A stretch of DNA of 64,000 nucleotides from an uncultured delta proteobacterium (lineage in GTDB: Bacteria; Desulfobacterota; Desulfobacteria; Desulfobacterales; JAFDCJ01). The stretch is taken from positions 192,001 to 256,000 of the forward strand of contig CAVYNY010000018.1 in NCBI GenBank assembly GCA_963769935.1. The letters are read 5' to 3'. Below the pieces are notes generated by a model. The model worked only from the letters and a program-made list of their open reading frames with translations. It was not told the origin of the DNA and ran no database searches. The position numbers were made by a program, and so were the translations under genes. The first letter of the stretch is position 1; each line of letters starts with the position of its first letter. Shown piece by piece: positions 50,755 through 61,038 of this stretch.

Positions 50755-51483
50755 CTAAAAGTAGGCCTTTTCAATCTCAGCCTTGCTGATTTCAGCGGCC
50801 GGTTTTTCCATGACCACCTGGCCTTTTTTAAACAGATAGACCCTGTCGGCCAATTTCAGCGAATAATCGACTTCCTGTTCAACAATTAAAACCGTCATAT
50901 CGGTTTCACTTTTTATCTTTTCAATGGCCCCAAAGACCGTCTTTTTCATAATCGGCGACAATCCGATGGAAGGCTCGTCGATCAGCAGCAGGGACGCCCC
51001 GCTCATCAAGCCGCGACCCACAGCCAGCATCCGGCTTTCGCCGCCGCTGAGCGTTGCTGCAATCTGGTGCTGGCGCTCCTTAAGCCGGGGAAACAGCGCG
51101 AAAACATAGTCCAGGTTTTCATCGACGTTGGCGCGGGCCTTGCGGTTGTAAGCACCAAGCCTCAAATTTTCCAGAACCGACATGTCCGTGAAAAGATTCC
51201 TGGCTTCGGGGATATAGGCAATGCCCCGTTCGACGATTTTCTCGCTGGGCATGGCCGCGATGTCTTCCCCCATATATTTGATCGAACCTGCGACCGGGGG
51301 GTGAAGGCCGGCAATGGCCTTTAAAAGCGTGGACTTGCCGTGCCCGTTGGGACCGAACAGCGCCACCACCTCGCCTTCATGGAGTTTCAGGGACGCTTTT
51401 CGCAAGACCTGGAGCTCACCGTAAAAACTGTCAACCGCCTGGATATCCAGGGCGGTTTTAGCGCCGGCCTGGTTTTGACTCAT
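50755..51483 (-). CDS. HAAT ABC ATPase, LivF-like
   Basis: GPNGHGKST, LSGGE, DEPSIGLSP. Confidence 0.92.
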   Translation of the reverse strand: MSQNQAGAKTALDIQAVDSFYGELQVLRKASLKLHEGEVVALFGPNGHGKSTLLKAIAGLHPPVAGSIKYMGEDIAAMPSEKIVERGIAYIPEARNLFTDMSVLENLRLGAYNRKARANVDENLDYVFALFPRLKERQHQIAATLSGGESRMLAVGRGLMSGASLLLIDEPSIGLSPIMKKTVFGAIEKIKSETDMTVLIVEQEVDYSLKLADRVYLFKKGQVVMEKPAAEISKAEIEKAYF

Positions 51484-52205
51484 GGCACATCCTCCCCTTC
51501 GCCAAGATAGACTTCAACCACCTTGGGATCGCGACACACGGCCTCGGGGTCTCCCACACCGATCACCGCACCGTTGTGCAGGATCAGCATCCGATCGGAA
51601 ACATCGATCAGGGAGTCGAGAATATGCTCGATGATCAGAATCGTGGTATCCTGTTCCCGGTTGATTTTGCGCACCACCGCCAAAAAGTCTTTGATCTCCG
51701 CCATGGAAAGCCCGGCCAGGGGTTCATCGAGCATCAGAAGCCGGCAGCCGGTTGCCAAGCAGGCGGCCATCATCACCAGCTTGGTCGTGTAAAGATCCAG
51801 GTTGCTGGCCAGGGTGTCCTTAAACGACGTCAGGCTCAGGAAATCAAGTTTAGCCCGGATTCTTTTTCCCAGCCCGCGGCCGTCATGTCCGCCAAAGGTG
51901 GCACCGACGCGGACGTTGTCATACACACTGAGGGTTGGAAACGTCCGGGGAATTTGAAAGGTACGGGCCATTCCCAAGCGGCAGATTCGATGCGCCTTCA
52001 GCCGGGTGATATCTTGGCCGTCAAAAACAATTTGGCCGGTCGATGGCGGAAAACTGCCGGAAACGACGTTAAACAGGGTGGACTTGCCGGCCCCGTTGGG
52101 GCCGGCAATTCCGAAAATTTCACCCTTTTGCACCGTCATATCCACATCGACCAGCGCCTCGATACTTCCAAAGGTCTTGGATACTTTCCTGGTTTCAAGA
52201 ATCAT
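51480..52205 (-). CDS. HAAT ABC ATPase, LivG-like
   Basis: GPNGAGKST, ARTFQ, LDEP.AGL, IEH, V.EVYLG. Confidence 0.92.
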   Translation of the reverse strand: MILETRKVSKTFGSIEALVDVDMTVQKGEIFGIAGPNGAGKSTLFNVVSGSFPPSTGQIVFDGQDITRLKAHRICRLGMARTFQIPRTFPTLSVYDNVRVGATFGGHDGRGLGKRIRAKLDFLSLTSFKDTLASNLDLYTTKLVMMAACLATGCRLLMLDEPLAGLSMAEIKDFLAVVRKINREQDTTILIIEHILDSLIDVSDRMLILHNGAVIGVGDPEAVCRDPKVVEVYLGEGEDVP

Positions 52206-52316
52206 TGCTAAATCTGTCCTCTGGCAGCGCCTGTTCATGCCGGCGCTTTCAAATCCGAAAGGCCGCCGGCAGGACGCTTTAACACATGGGTTGCAGCTTC
52301 GAAAAGGAGTGCGCCA

Positions 52317-53549
52317 TTACTTCTTGATCCAGGGTGGCTTGCGGTATTGGGCTTTTTTAAACCGGGCGGGTCCCGTCTGCAGACTTTTGCCGTCCCAGAT
52401 CTGGTGCCAGATCAGCGGCATCAGGTATTCGCCCGGAATCGCCGACTGGTCTTTGGGATTGAACACAAAAAGGCCGGCCATACCGTCATAGGCCGTTTCC
52501 CGAATCAGGCGGGCGACCTCACGGTAGCAATCGACACAACCGGCTTTTTCAACGGCCTGGACCCAGATCTCAAAGGCGTCCCGGGTGGCAACCGGGTAAA
52601 AACCGGCCGGATCTTTTTTGAACCGGGCCACCCAGCGTTTCTTGTAAGCTTCAAATTTGGGTCCGAACTGATCGGCACCCGCCACCCAGATCAACCCGTC
52701 GGCGGATTTGCCGGCAAGCTCCAAAAACTCAGGGATCGACGGCGTGTATTGCATATACACCAAAGCATCGATCCCATCGTCGCCGAAGCGGTCCGAAAAT
52801 TGCTTCATGAAGCGCGCCGCATCGGTGGGATCCAGATTCCAGAAGGTCACAAAGGCCGGCTGGGCCGACTCGATCCGGGATAAGATCGGACCCCACTGGG
52901 CCACGCCGAATTGCGTGGTTTCGTTGATCACCACCTCGTAGCCGTCTTTTTCGACGCGCTTGGCAAACTCGTCGGCCGGCATCACATTATAGGCATAATC
53001 GACTTTGATAATGGCGATTTTTTTGTTGGGGGGCGTCCAGCCCATCTCCCGAGGGATATTGAACAGGTCATTGGCGGCACTGACACCGTAATCCGTGTCG
53101 TTGAAGGTGTACTGAAAACAGTTCCAGTATTTTTCAGGATTTTGGGCAACCGGCGCCGTACACAGCGTCATGGCATTGCCGTGCAAATAAGGCACGTCGT
53201 ATTGGCCGAACACTTTGGTGTCGACCCCGCCGTCGTCGTATCCGGTGATCACCACATCAACGCCGGCGCCGATCAGCCGCTCGCCCACCGCCTTTATTTT
53301 TTCGGCCTCCAGGCCGCCGACGTCACCGAATTTGAGCTCCAGCTGGCGGCCCAAAAGTCCGCCGGACGCATTTTTTTCTTCAACGGCCAATTCCAGCGCC
53401 ATTTTCATCTGCTCCCCGTCACTGGCATAGGGTCCGGTCAACGGCAACGGGGTTCCGATCAAAATCGGTTTTGCGGCGAAAGCTGTCGCTGCTGAAAAAC
53501 CAATCAGCAAAATCGATAAAACCGTAATCAAAATTCTTTTTCGCTTCAT
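52317..53549 (-). CDS. HAAT ABC substrate-binding protein
   Basis: Signal peptide MKRKR...AFA, IG..LPLTGPYA..G, NA.GGLLGR; AGGAGG SD. Confidence 0.9.
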   Translation of the reverse strand: MKRKRILITVLSILLIGFSAATAFAAKPILIGTPLPLTGPYASDGEQMKMALELAVEEKNASGGLLGRQLELKFGDVGGLEAEKIKAVGERLIGAGVDVVITGYDDGGVDTKVFGQYDVPYLHGNAMTLCTAPVAQNPEKYWNCFQYTFNDTDYGVSAANDLFNIPREMGWTPPNKKIAIIKVDYAYNVMPADEFAKRVEKDGYEVVINETTQFGVAQWGPILSRIESAQPAFVTFWNLDPTDAARFMKQFSDRFGDDGIDALVYMQYTPSIPEFLELAGKSADGLIWVAGADQFGPKFEAYKKRWVARFKKDPAGFYPVATRDAFEIWVQAVEKAGCVDCYREVARLIRETAYDGMAGLFVFNPKDQSAIPGEYLMPLIWHQIWDGKSLQTGPARFKKAQYRKPPWIKK

Positions 53550-53580
53550 TTTTGCCCTCCTTTTGAAGATTGGTGACCTT

Positions 53581-54387
53581 TTAAGATAGCGGTTGATAAA
53601 TTTCAGGCCTTCGGTCTCTGAGATAATTAATGCTGCCGCTGCGCGCTGCGGTGATGCGGTCAGGATCCATATCCGCAATTAACAACGCCGGTGACTGAGC
53701 GTCCGCCTGTTCCAGAATATGTCCCATCGGGTCCACAAAACCGCTGCTCCCGCAAAAGACAAGATCCTTTTCCCGACCGATCCGGTTGGCCAACGCCAGA
53801 AAGATCTGATTTTCCATGGCACGGGCCCTTAGATAGACATCCTGATGACCGCTCCAGGGATGCATGTTGGCCGTGGCGACCAGCACCACCTCGGCGCCCT
53901 GCAATGCAGTCATCCGGGCCATTTCCGGAAATTCAAGATCGTAGCATATTAAAAATCCGGTGCGACCCAGGGGAGTTTCGACAATTTTAATTTCGCGGCC
54001 GCTGCTGAAATATTTTTTTTCTTCATCGAACAGGTGGATTTTGCGGTAAACCACCATGATGTCTCCCCGGCCGGACAGACACACCAGGGAATTAAATATT
54101 TGACGGGAAGCTGGGTCCAATTCCGGAAACCCCATGCAAATACAGATTTGATTGGTTTTGGCGATTTGGGCCAAAGCAGCAATGCTCGGGCCTGAAACGG
54201 CTTCCGCCAGTTGCTGGATATCAGCTTCCAGCGCATAGCCGGTTAAATACATTTCGGGAAACAATACCAGCCTGGCGTTCTGTTGGGCGGCAGCTTTAAT
54301 CAGACCAGTGGCTTTTGCGATATTTTGGGCCTTTTCTCCCAAAAGGCAATCGTCCTGCACAATTGCGATACGAGCCAATCGGTTCAT
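53581..54387 (-). CDS. Carbon-nitrogen hydrolase
   Basis: FPE, YRKIHLF, ICYDLEFPE, ARAMEN. Confidence 0.9.
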   Translation of the reverse strand: MNRLARIAIVQDDCLLGEKAQNIAKATGLIKAAAQQNARLVLFPEMYLTGYALEADIQQLAEAVSGPSIAALAQIAKTNQICICMGFPELDPASRQIFNSLVCLSGRGDIMVVYRKIHLFDEEKKYFSSGREIKIVETPLGRTGFLICYDLEFPEMARMTALQGAEVVLVATANMHPWSGHQDVYLRARAMENQIFLALANRIGREKDLVFCGSSGFVDPMGHILEQADAQSPALLIADMDPDRITAARSGSINYLRDRRPEIYQPLS

Positions 54388-54487
54388 TCCTCCCCGTCAC
54401 GTGCTGACAAATCGGCAATTCACCCGGCCCGCATGAATCGCATCCCCGGGCGCCAAGCCATCCGTTAATAGGCCCGGCCATCCGGGT

Positions 54488-55339
54488 TTATTCAACAACG
54501 ATCTTCAGCAGCTCTGAATAGGTTTCCGGCCGCCGGTCCCGGTAAAAGTGAAACAGGTCCCTGAATTCCCGGATTTGATTGAGATCCAGCTCGGCTGCGA
54601 CCACCTGGTCGCTCTGGTTGTCGCCCCGGGCCAACACGTCGCCGAAAGGGTTGCTGATAAAGCTGCCGCCATAAAAACGCATGTCATCTTCCCGGCCCAC
54701 ACGGTTTAAAGCCCCAATAAAAAGGCCGTTGACAATGCCGTGGGACTTAATGACGGTTTCCCAGGCCGCTTGGGAGCTGTAGTCGGGACGATCGGGCTCA
54801 CTGCCGATCGCCGACGGATAGAATATGATCTGAGCGCCCTTCATCCCTAAAATTCGCGCCACCTCCGGAAACCACTCATCCCAGCAGATCCCCACCCCGA
54901 TGGTCGCATAGGCGGTCTGAAAGACCGGATAGCCCAGGTTCCCGGGGGTAAAATAATATTTTTCCAGGTATTGCGGGCCTTCGGGAATATGAACTTTTCT
55001 AAACTTTCCGGCAATCGATCCGTCCGCATCGATGATCACCGCGGTATTAAAGTTGATCCCCGGCCGGGCGCATTCATAGACCGGCACGATGATCGTCATC
55101 TTATTAGCGGCCGCAATTTTTTGCATCACCGCGACGGCTTCATCCGGCAGGGGACGCGCCAGGCCGCAATTTTTCACATCGACACTCTGCGGGAAATATC
55201 GGCTGGCAAAAAGTTCCTGCAGGCAGACAATATTGGCACCGGCGGCGGCGGCCTGCTGCACCATGGCGACGGCTTTATCGATGTTCTGCCTAATCTCGGC
55301 CCCGCACGACATTTGAATCAACGCCACGCTAACAGTCAT
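54488..55339 (-). CDS. aguB: N-carbamoylputrescine amidase-like C-N hydrolase
   Basis: CLQELF, RKVHIPEGPQYLEKYYFTPG, ICWDEWFPE.AR, YPSAIGSEP, FYG.SF, RDRRP. Confidence 0.75.
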   Translation of the reverse strand: MTVSVALIQMSCGAEIRQNIDKAVAMVQQAAAAGANIVCLQELFASRYFPQSVDVKNCGLARPLPDEAVAVMQKIAAANKMTIIVPVYECARPGINFNTAVIIDADGSIAGKFRKVHIPEGPQYLEKYYFTPGNLGYPVFQTAYATIGVGICWDEWFPEVARILGMKGAQIIFYPSAIGSEPDRPDYSSQAAWETVIKSHGIVNGLFIGALNRVGREDDMRFYGGSFISNPFGDVLARGDNQSDQVVAAELDLNQIREFRDLFHFYRDRRPETYSELLKIVVE

Positions 55340-55451
55340 CTTTTAACCACCCTTTTACCGTAAACTTAACCCGATTATACCGCCGCCTCACACGCTGCCC
55401 GACAGTTGGCTATTAATGAACGGCTCACTTAACGTCTACCTCTCTATCGTT

Positions 55452-55482
55452 TTGTGCGGTACACACCAGGTGGACCGCACAA
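55452..55482. terminator. Intergenic stem-loop after potD
   Basis: TTGTGCGGT / ACCGCACAA 9-bp stem. Confidence 0.4.
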
Positions 55483-55543
55483 TCACACCCCCAAATCAAT
55501 GCCGAAATCTGCATGTTACTTCTAACGGAACGGATTCAGCCCA

Positions 55544-56597
55544 TTAGTGCGACTTCGCCCGGGTCCAGGCTTCATCCATAATGCGGTTGTCCTTGCCCAG
55601 ATCTTTGGTGAAAAAAAGCGTCTTCATGATTTCAGGCGGCGGCCACACACCCGGATTCTCCAGGTCTTCTTTATTCAGATAGGGCCTCGCAGCATCATCG
55701 GGGGTGGCATAATGGTTGTAATTGGTCAGCGAGGCATTGACTTTGGGATCCAAAATCCAGTTGATCCATTTGTAGGCGGCATCCGGATTGGGAGCCTGGG
55801 CCGGTATGCACATGGAGTCAAGCCATATCTCACTGCCTTCCTTGGGCACCACAAATCCCAGATTTTTCGGATCTTCGGCAATGGCCTGGATGGCGTCACC
55901 GTTGTAGACAATGGCTGCGTTGGCCGCGCCGGCGACCACATCGTTTTTGCCGCCCACGCCGCCTTTGAACCCCAGACAACTTTGGCGTTTTTTGGTTTGA
56001 ATCAGCAAATCCGATGCGGCCATAAGCTCCTTGGGGTTAATGCTGTTGAAATCATATCCCAGATACAGCAGCGAAATGCCCATCATCTCGCGCACCGAGT
56101 CGATGAGGGCAAACGGTCCCGGATCCTTTTGGGGATCGTAAATAATGGACCAGCTGTGTACATCGGCATCTTTGATGCGATCCTTGCGGTACATCAGGCC
56201 CACAGTGCCCCACTGCCAGCCGGCCGAGTATTTGTTGCCCGGATCGAAGGTGGTTTCTCTTGAATTTAGATCCCAGGTTCTTCAGGTTGGGAATCTTGGA
56301 ATGATCCAGAGGCTGGATCAGTTTCAGGTTGATCAGGCTGGGCATGATGTAGTCCGACGGCACGATAATGTCATACTGGGAGACGCCCCCCGCCTGGAGT
56401 TTGGCCATCATCTCCTCGTTGGATTCGTAAAGATCCAACCGCACCTTTATTCCCGTGGCCTTTTCAAAATCCTTGGGCATGTTTTCCTCATCCATGTACT
56501 CCGACCAGATGAAGATCTTGAGCTCATCCGCCGCAGCGAAAACCCTCCCCCCGCATAAAACCGAAAATGCCACCAGCAGTAAAACCAGTTTTTTCAT
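55544..56597 (-). CDS. potD: Spermidine/putrescine-binding protein; +1 frameshift at ~56258
   Basis: WSEY, YESNEEMMAKL, YDIIVPSDY, then FDPGNKYS...WGTVG, PKEGS..W.D in the second frame. Confidence 0.85.
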
Positions 56598-56617
56598 TTG
56601 ATCCTCCTTTTTTCGGG

Positions 56618-56741
56618 TAAGTTGTTGTTTGTCTGTCGTCTGTTTTCAAAAAGTCATCAAACCATTTTGGTTCCGGCTCGTCCGGGTTATGTTATAGATT
56701 CGATATTTTTTTCACAACTTACGACTAACAACTCACAACAC
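56618..56741. repeat. 7-nt periodic element with nested GC hairpin
   Basis: ACAACTT-ACGACTA-ACAACTC-ACAACAC (56714-56741); TAAGTTGT (56618-56625) is the reverse complement of ACAACTTA. Confidence 0.5.
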
Positions 56742-56748
56742 GCTCATT

Positions 56749-57537
56749 CTATTTGCGCGTAAACCGCTCCATACCGATTATCATAACGACCGTAATCAAC
56801 ACCACCAGGGTGGACAACGCGTGAATCTGAGGGGTAACGCCGCGCCGAACAGCTGCAAAAATAAACAGCGGCAGGGTGACCGATTCGGGACCGGCCGTAA
56901 AAAAACTGATCACAAAGTCGTCCAGCGAAAGCGTAAACGCCAGCATGGCGCCGGCCACGATTCCCGGCGCCAGCAGCGGCAGCGTAATGCGGCGCAGCAT
57001 ATACGATGTGCCGGCAAAAAGATCCCGGGCCGCCTCTTCCACATCCCGGCCGATGCCCACCAGCCGGCTGCGCACCACCAGCGCCACAAAGGAAATCTGA
57101 AATGTAATATGGCCGATGATCATGTTGAACAGCCCCGGTTCAAACAGGGAGGAGACTGCCCGCAACAGTCCGAAGGCTACCACCAGGGCCGCTGCCAGAA
57201 TAATGTCCGGGATTACCACCGGGATATGCAAAACGAGATCCAGAAAAGTATTGGTTTTGCGGCTCCACGGAAATCGGTCCATGCCGATAGCCAGCACGGT
57301 CCCCAGGACGGTGGCGACCAAGGTTGAAACAACCGCCAGAACCAGCGTGTTCCAGGCGGCCTCCAGGATAAACTCGTTTTGAATGAGTTTTGTGTACCAG
57401 TCCAGGGTAAATCCCCGCCAGACCAGACCATAGCGCGTGGCATTGACGGAAAAAACCGCCACGGCCGCCAGCGGCAGATAAAGAAACCCCACGGTAAATA
57501 AGGCCATGGCGGTTATCAGCGGATGCGAGCGTCTCAT
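56749..57537 (-). CDS. potC: Polyamine ABC permease
   Basis: FLYLP, GFTLDWY, EEAARDL, FTLSLDDF, TLPL. Confidence 0.9.
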   Translation of the reverse strand: MRRSHPLITAMALFTVGFLYLPLAAVAVFSVNATRYGLVWRGFTLDWYTKLIQNEFILEAAWNTLVLAVVSTLVATVLGTVLAIGMDRFPWSRKTNTFLDLVLHIPVVIPDIILAAALVVAFGLLRAVSSLFEPGLFNMIIGHITFQISFVALVVRSRLVGIGRDVEEAARDLFAGTSYMLRRITLPLLAPGIVAGAMLAFTLSLDDFVISFFTAGPESVTLPLFIFAAVRRGVTPQIHALSTLVVLITVVMIIGMERFTRK

Positions 57538-58439
57538 ATATACTCAATATCCTTGCTTCGGCGCCGATAAAGCTGAAGGCTGATCATGGTCAGAACCATT
57601 AGGCCCATGCTGATTGCGGCCCCGAAAGGCCAATCCCGGCTCGAGCCGAATTGCTGCTGAATGAGGTTGCCCACCAGCATGTATTTGGCGCCGCCGAGCA
57701 GGTCCGGCACGACAAACATGCCCATGGCGGGGACAAAAGTCAGGATGACTCCGACGGACAGCCCCGGCAGCGTCTGGGGCAGGATGGCCTGGGTAAATAC
57801 CCGTACCTTGGAGGCATAAAGATCCTGGGCGGCTTCCACCAGCGACCAGTCCAGGCGCTCGACACTGGAATACAGGGGCAGGGCCACAAAAGGCAAAAAC
57901 ATCGAAACCATCCCCAGGTACACGGCAAAAGCATTGGGATACAAAGGATTGCCGGCCGGAATCAAACCTAAAAGCGACGCCAGTTTGGCCGGGGGCAGCT
58001 CCGGCGCCAGAATCAGAAACCAGGCATAAGTTCGAATGACCATATTCGTCCAAAACGGTATGATCACCATGGTCAGCCACAGATAGCGGCTTCGCTCGGG
58101 CCGGGCGCAGATGAAAAACGCCAGCGGGTAGGAAAGGATCACGGATATGGCTGTGGTGACAAAAGCGACCCAGACCGAACGCAGTACGATCATGATATAG
58201 TCGGCGGTCCATCCGAAAAGAGTGAAGCCGGCCAGGCGGGTATAGTTTTCAACGGTAAAATTCCACTCAAGCTGCCCGTAGGCGCCGCGGCTGACAAAAC
58301 TGACCCCGATCAATACCAGTCCGGGAAGCACCAGAAACACCATCAGCCACAGCATGCCGGCCCCCAGAAAATAAAGCCCGCGTTGGGTGAGATTGCGCTG
58401 GGTGGTTAATTCCCCGTACCAGACGAGCAGTTTAATCAT
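57534..58439 (-). CDS. potB: Polyamine ABC permease
   Basis: PFWT..IRTYAW, EAAQDL, LLGG, QQQF...RDWPFGAA. Confidence 0.9.
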   Translation of the reverse strand: MIKLLVWYGELTTQRNLTQRGLYFLGAGMLWLMVFLVLPGLVLIGVSFVSRGAYGQLEWNFTVENYTRLAGFTLFGWTADYIMIVLRSVWVAFVTTAISVILSYPLAFFICARPERSRYLWLTMVIIPFWTNMVIRTYAWFLILAPELPPAKLASLLGLIPAGNPLYPNAFAVYLGMVSMFLPFVALPLYSSVERLDWSLVEAAQDLYASKVRVFTQAILPQTLPGLSVGVILTFVPAMGMFVVPDLLGGAKYMLVGNLIQQQFGSSRDWPFGAAISMGLMVLTMISLQLYRRRSKDIEYI

Positions 58440-59472
58440 TTAAAATCACCAATCCCTCTGTTGGAAGCTCCAGCCAGACTTCATTGTCAAAATCGAAGTT
58501 TAATTGGGCCGGTGTCCGCACCCGCAGGGGTCCCGGTTCGAGCCACAGATCAACATTGGTTCCCCGGTATATGGCTTCGGTTACTCTGGCTTTGACACCG
58601 TTTTTTTCCGGGGCCCCATCGCAGATTCGAATGCGTTCGGGGCGGATGGCCACCGTTCCCTGATTCCATCCGGGGGTTTTTTTGAGCTGCAGAAAGCCGA
58701 TCTCGGTATCAATCCCCCCGTTGGCGGCGCGCCCGCGAATCAAGTTGGCAGCGCCTAAAAATTCGGCCACAAAACGCGTTTGGGGTTGTTCATATACTTC
58801 CTTGGGGGTGCCGAACTGTATGATTTTACCCTCGCTCATAACGGCAATGCGGTCGGAAACCACCAGGGCTTCGGCCTGGTCATGGGTCACCAGAATAAAG
58901 GTCTGGCCCAGCTTGCGCTGCAAACGCCGCAGCTCCATCTGCACCTGCGCCCGCAGCCGCGCATCCAGGGCCGACATGGGCTCGTCCAACAACAAAACTT
59001 CGGGTTCGTTTACCAGGGCGCGGGCCAGGGCCACCCGCTGCTGCTGGCCGCCGGAGAGTTGATGCGGGAAGCGAGCGGCCATTTCCTCCAGTTCCAGCAT
59101 TTCAAGGCGTCGGCCGACCCGGGATTGAACCTCGTTCTGGGGAAATTTGCGGGAACGAAGCCCGAAAGCCACATTTTCGAATATGCTCAAATGCGGAAAC
59201 AGCGCATAGCTTTGAAATACGGTGTTGACCTGCCGTTTGGTGGCCGGCAAGGCGGTGATATCCCGGCCGCCCAAAAGCACCTGGCCGTTATCGGGCAGCT
59301 CAAGCCCGGCAATAATGCGCAGCAGCGTTGTTTTCCCGCAGCCGGAGGGTCCCAGAAGCGTAAAAAACTCACCTTCATGGACATCGAGTGAAACACCCAC
59401 GAGCGCTTTAACGTCCGCGAAGTTTTTGTCGATGTTAATTACGGAAAGGCCCTTTTCGTTTTCGGCAACCAT
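58432..59472 (-). CDS. potA: Polyamine ABC ATPase
   Basis: GPSGCGKTT, VNTVFQSYALFPH, LSGGQQQR, TOBE domain. Confidence 0.92.
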   Translation of the reverse strand: MVAENEKGLSVINIDKNFADVKALVGVSLDVHEGEFFTLLGPSGCGKTTLLRIIAGLELPDNGQVLLGGRDITALPATKRQVNTVFQSYALFPHLSIFENVAFGLRSRKFPQNEVQSRVGRRLEMLELEEMAARFPHQLSGGQQQRVALARALVNEPEVLLLDEPMSALDARLRAQVQMELRRLQRKLGQTFILVTHDQAEALVVSDRIAVMSEGKIIQFGTPKEVYEQPQTRFVAEFLGAANLIRGRAANGGIDTEIGFLQLKKTPGWNQGTVAIRPERIRICDGAPEKNGVKARVTEAIYRGTNVDLWLEPGPLRVRTPAQLNFDFDNEVWLELPTEGLVILND

Positions 59473-59613
59473 GAGAGCATTCCTATATTCGATAGGTCTA
59501 TCAATTGCTACTATGGTACATTCATCATTACATCTGAATTTTGGTCATTGGTATTTATTTGGAATTTGTTTTTGGGTCTTTGGAATTTTCCGATTTGCCG
59601 CAGGCGATTGCCT

Positions 59614-61038
59614 TCAAATTGTGCGCGCCGATTCAGGCACGGGCCGCTGCGGCACTTCGATACTTTTGATTACATCTTCGAGACGGTTAAGTATCTCATC
59701 CAACGTTTCCCACGGTATATTCAACGCCGGTTCGAAGCGTATGGTTCGGGAGTTGGTCAGGGTCCCGGCGGTCAGCACACCCCGGGAAAACAGGCCGGCG
59801 GCGACTTTGTAGCCGATGCCGTCGGTGGGAAATTCCATGCCGATCAATAAGCCCAATCCGCGCGCCTGCGTCAAAACGCCGGGATATCGCTCCTGAAGCT
59901 GCTTTAACTGCTTCAATACATACTCGCCCTTGACCTTGGCCTGACCGGCCAGGTCCTCTTCGAGCAGGACCGTAATGGCTGCAAGGGCCGCCGCGCAGGC
60001 CAGGGGGTTCCCGCCGGTGGTGGTGGTATGCATAAATGGATTGGGTTCCAGGCACTCCCAGATTTTGGGCGTGGAGAGAAACGCCGAAAGGGGCACCACG
60101 CCGCCTCCCAGGGCTTTGCCCAGACAGAGGATATCCGGGACGACGTTCCAGTGGTCCACGCCGAAAATTTCACCGGTGCGCCCCATGCCGGTCTGGACTT
60201 CATCGGCAATCAGCAGTACCCCGTAGTGGTTGCAAATTTCCCTCAGCCGCGGCCAGAAATCATCCGGCGGCACCACCGCACCGGCCTCACCCTGGACCGG
60301 TTCGGCAACGACGGCGGCAAAATCGTCACCGACCGCTTTGGCTGAAGCCAGAACCTGCTCCACGGCAGCAGCATCACCAAAGGGCACGTGCCTAACACCT
60401 TGCAGCAGCGGCAGCAGCGGCTCGCGAAATATTTTTTTGCCCATCAGCGACAGCGATCCCAGGCTCTTGCCGTGAAACGCCTTGAGCATGGCGATAAAGC
60501 CTTTGCGACCCGTGTAAAGCTTGGCTATCTTCATGGCGCCTTCCACGGCTTCGGTGCCGGAGTTGGCAAAAAAGCCGTACTGGATATTGCCCGGCGTCAG
60601 GAAGGCTAAAACCCTGGCGAGCTGGGCTCGCAGGGGATCCAGCATCTCCTGGCTGTACTGGGGTGAGCGGTCCAGCTGGGCCTTGACCGAGGCAATAATC
60701 TTCGGGTGACGGATGCCGTAAGAATACAGCCCAAAGCCGCCGAGCAGATCGATAAACTGGCGGTCCAGGGCGTCTACCAGGATCGAACCCTGACCCGTCC
60801 ACTCGGTAACGGCAAAACTGCCGGCCTCGGTGACTGATTTGCGGTAGTCCAAAAAGCCTTTGTTGATGTGGTCGCGGAAATTGCGAACGGTCCTGCGTGA
60901 AATTTCCTCGCGGACTTCGAGCGGCACCTGTCCGACCGGGGTGAGGATGATATCGACCATCTGTTTGGCTTCCGCCAGGGCTGCTTTTATATCCCGTCCT
61001 TTGTAATCACCGGTATCACCGTCTTCGGAATCATGCAT
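59614..61038 (-). CDS. patA: Putrescine aminotransferase (class III)
   Basis: H.N.GFL.YRKSVT, NSGTEAVE, FHGKSLGSLS, DEVQTGMGRTG, KALGGG, NPFMHTTT.GGNPL, AGTL.N.RTIR.EP; GGGAG SD before ATG 61038. Confidence 0.88.
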   Translation of the reverse strand: MHDSEDGDTGDYKGRDIKAALAEAKQMVDIILTPVGQVPLEVREEISRRTVRNFRDHINKGFLDYRKSVTEAGSFAVTEWTGQGSILVDALDRQFIDLLGGFGLYSYGIRHPKIIASVKAQLDRSPQYSQEMLDPLRAQLARVLAFLTPGNIQYGFFANSGTEAVEGAMKIAKLYTGRKGFIAMLKAFHGKSLGSLSLMGKKIFREPLLPLLQGVRHVPFGDAAAVEQVLASAKAVGDDFAAVVAEPVQGEAGAVVPPDDFWPRLREICNHYGVLLIADEVQTGMGRTGEIFGVDHWNVVPDILCLGKALGGGVVPLSAFLSTPKIWECLEPNPFMHTTTTGGNPLACAAALAAITVLLEEDLAGQAKVKGEYVLKQLKQLQERYPGVLTQARGLGLLIGMEFPTDGIGYKVAAGLFSRGVLTAGTLTNSRTIRFEPALNIPWETLDEILNRLEDVIKSIEVPQRPVPESARTI

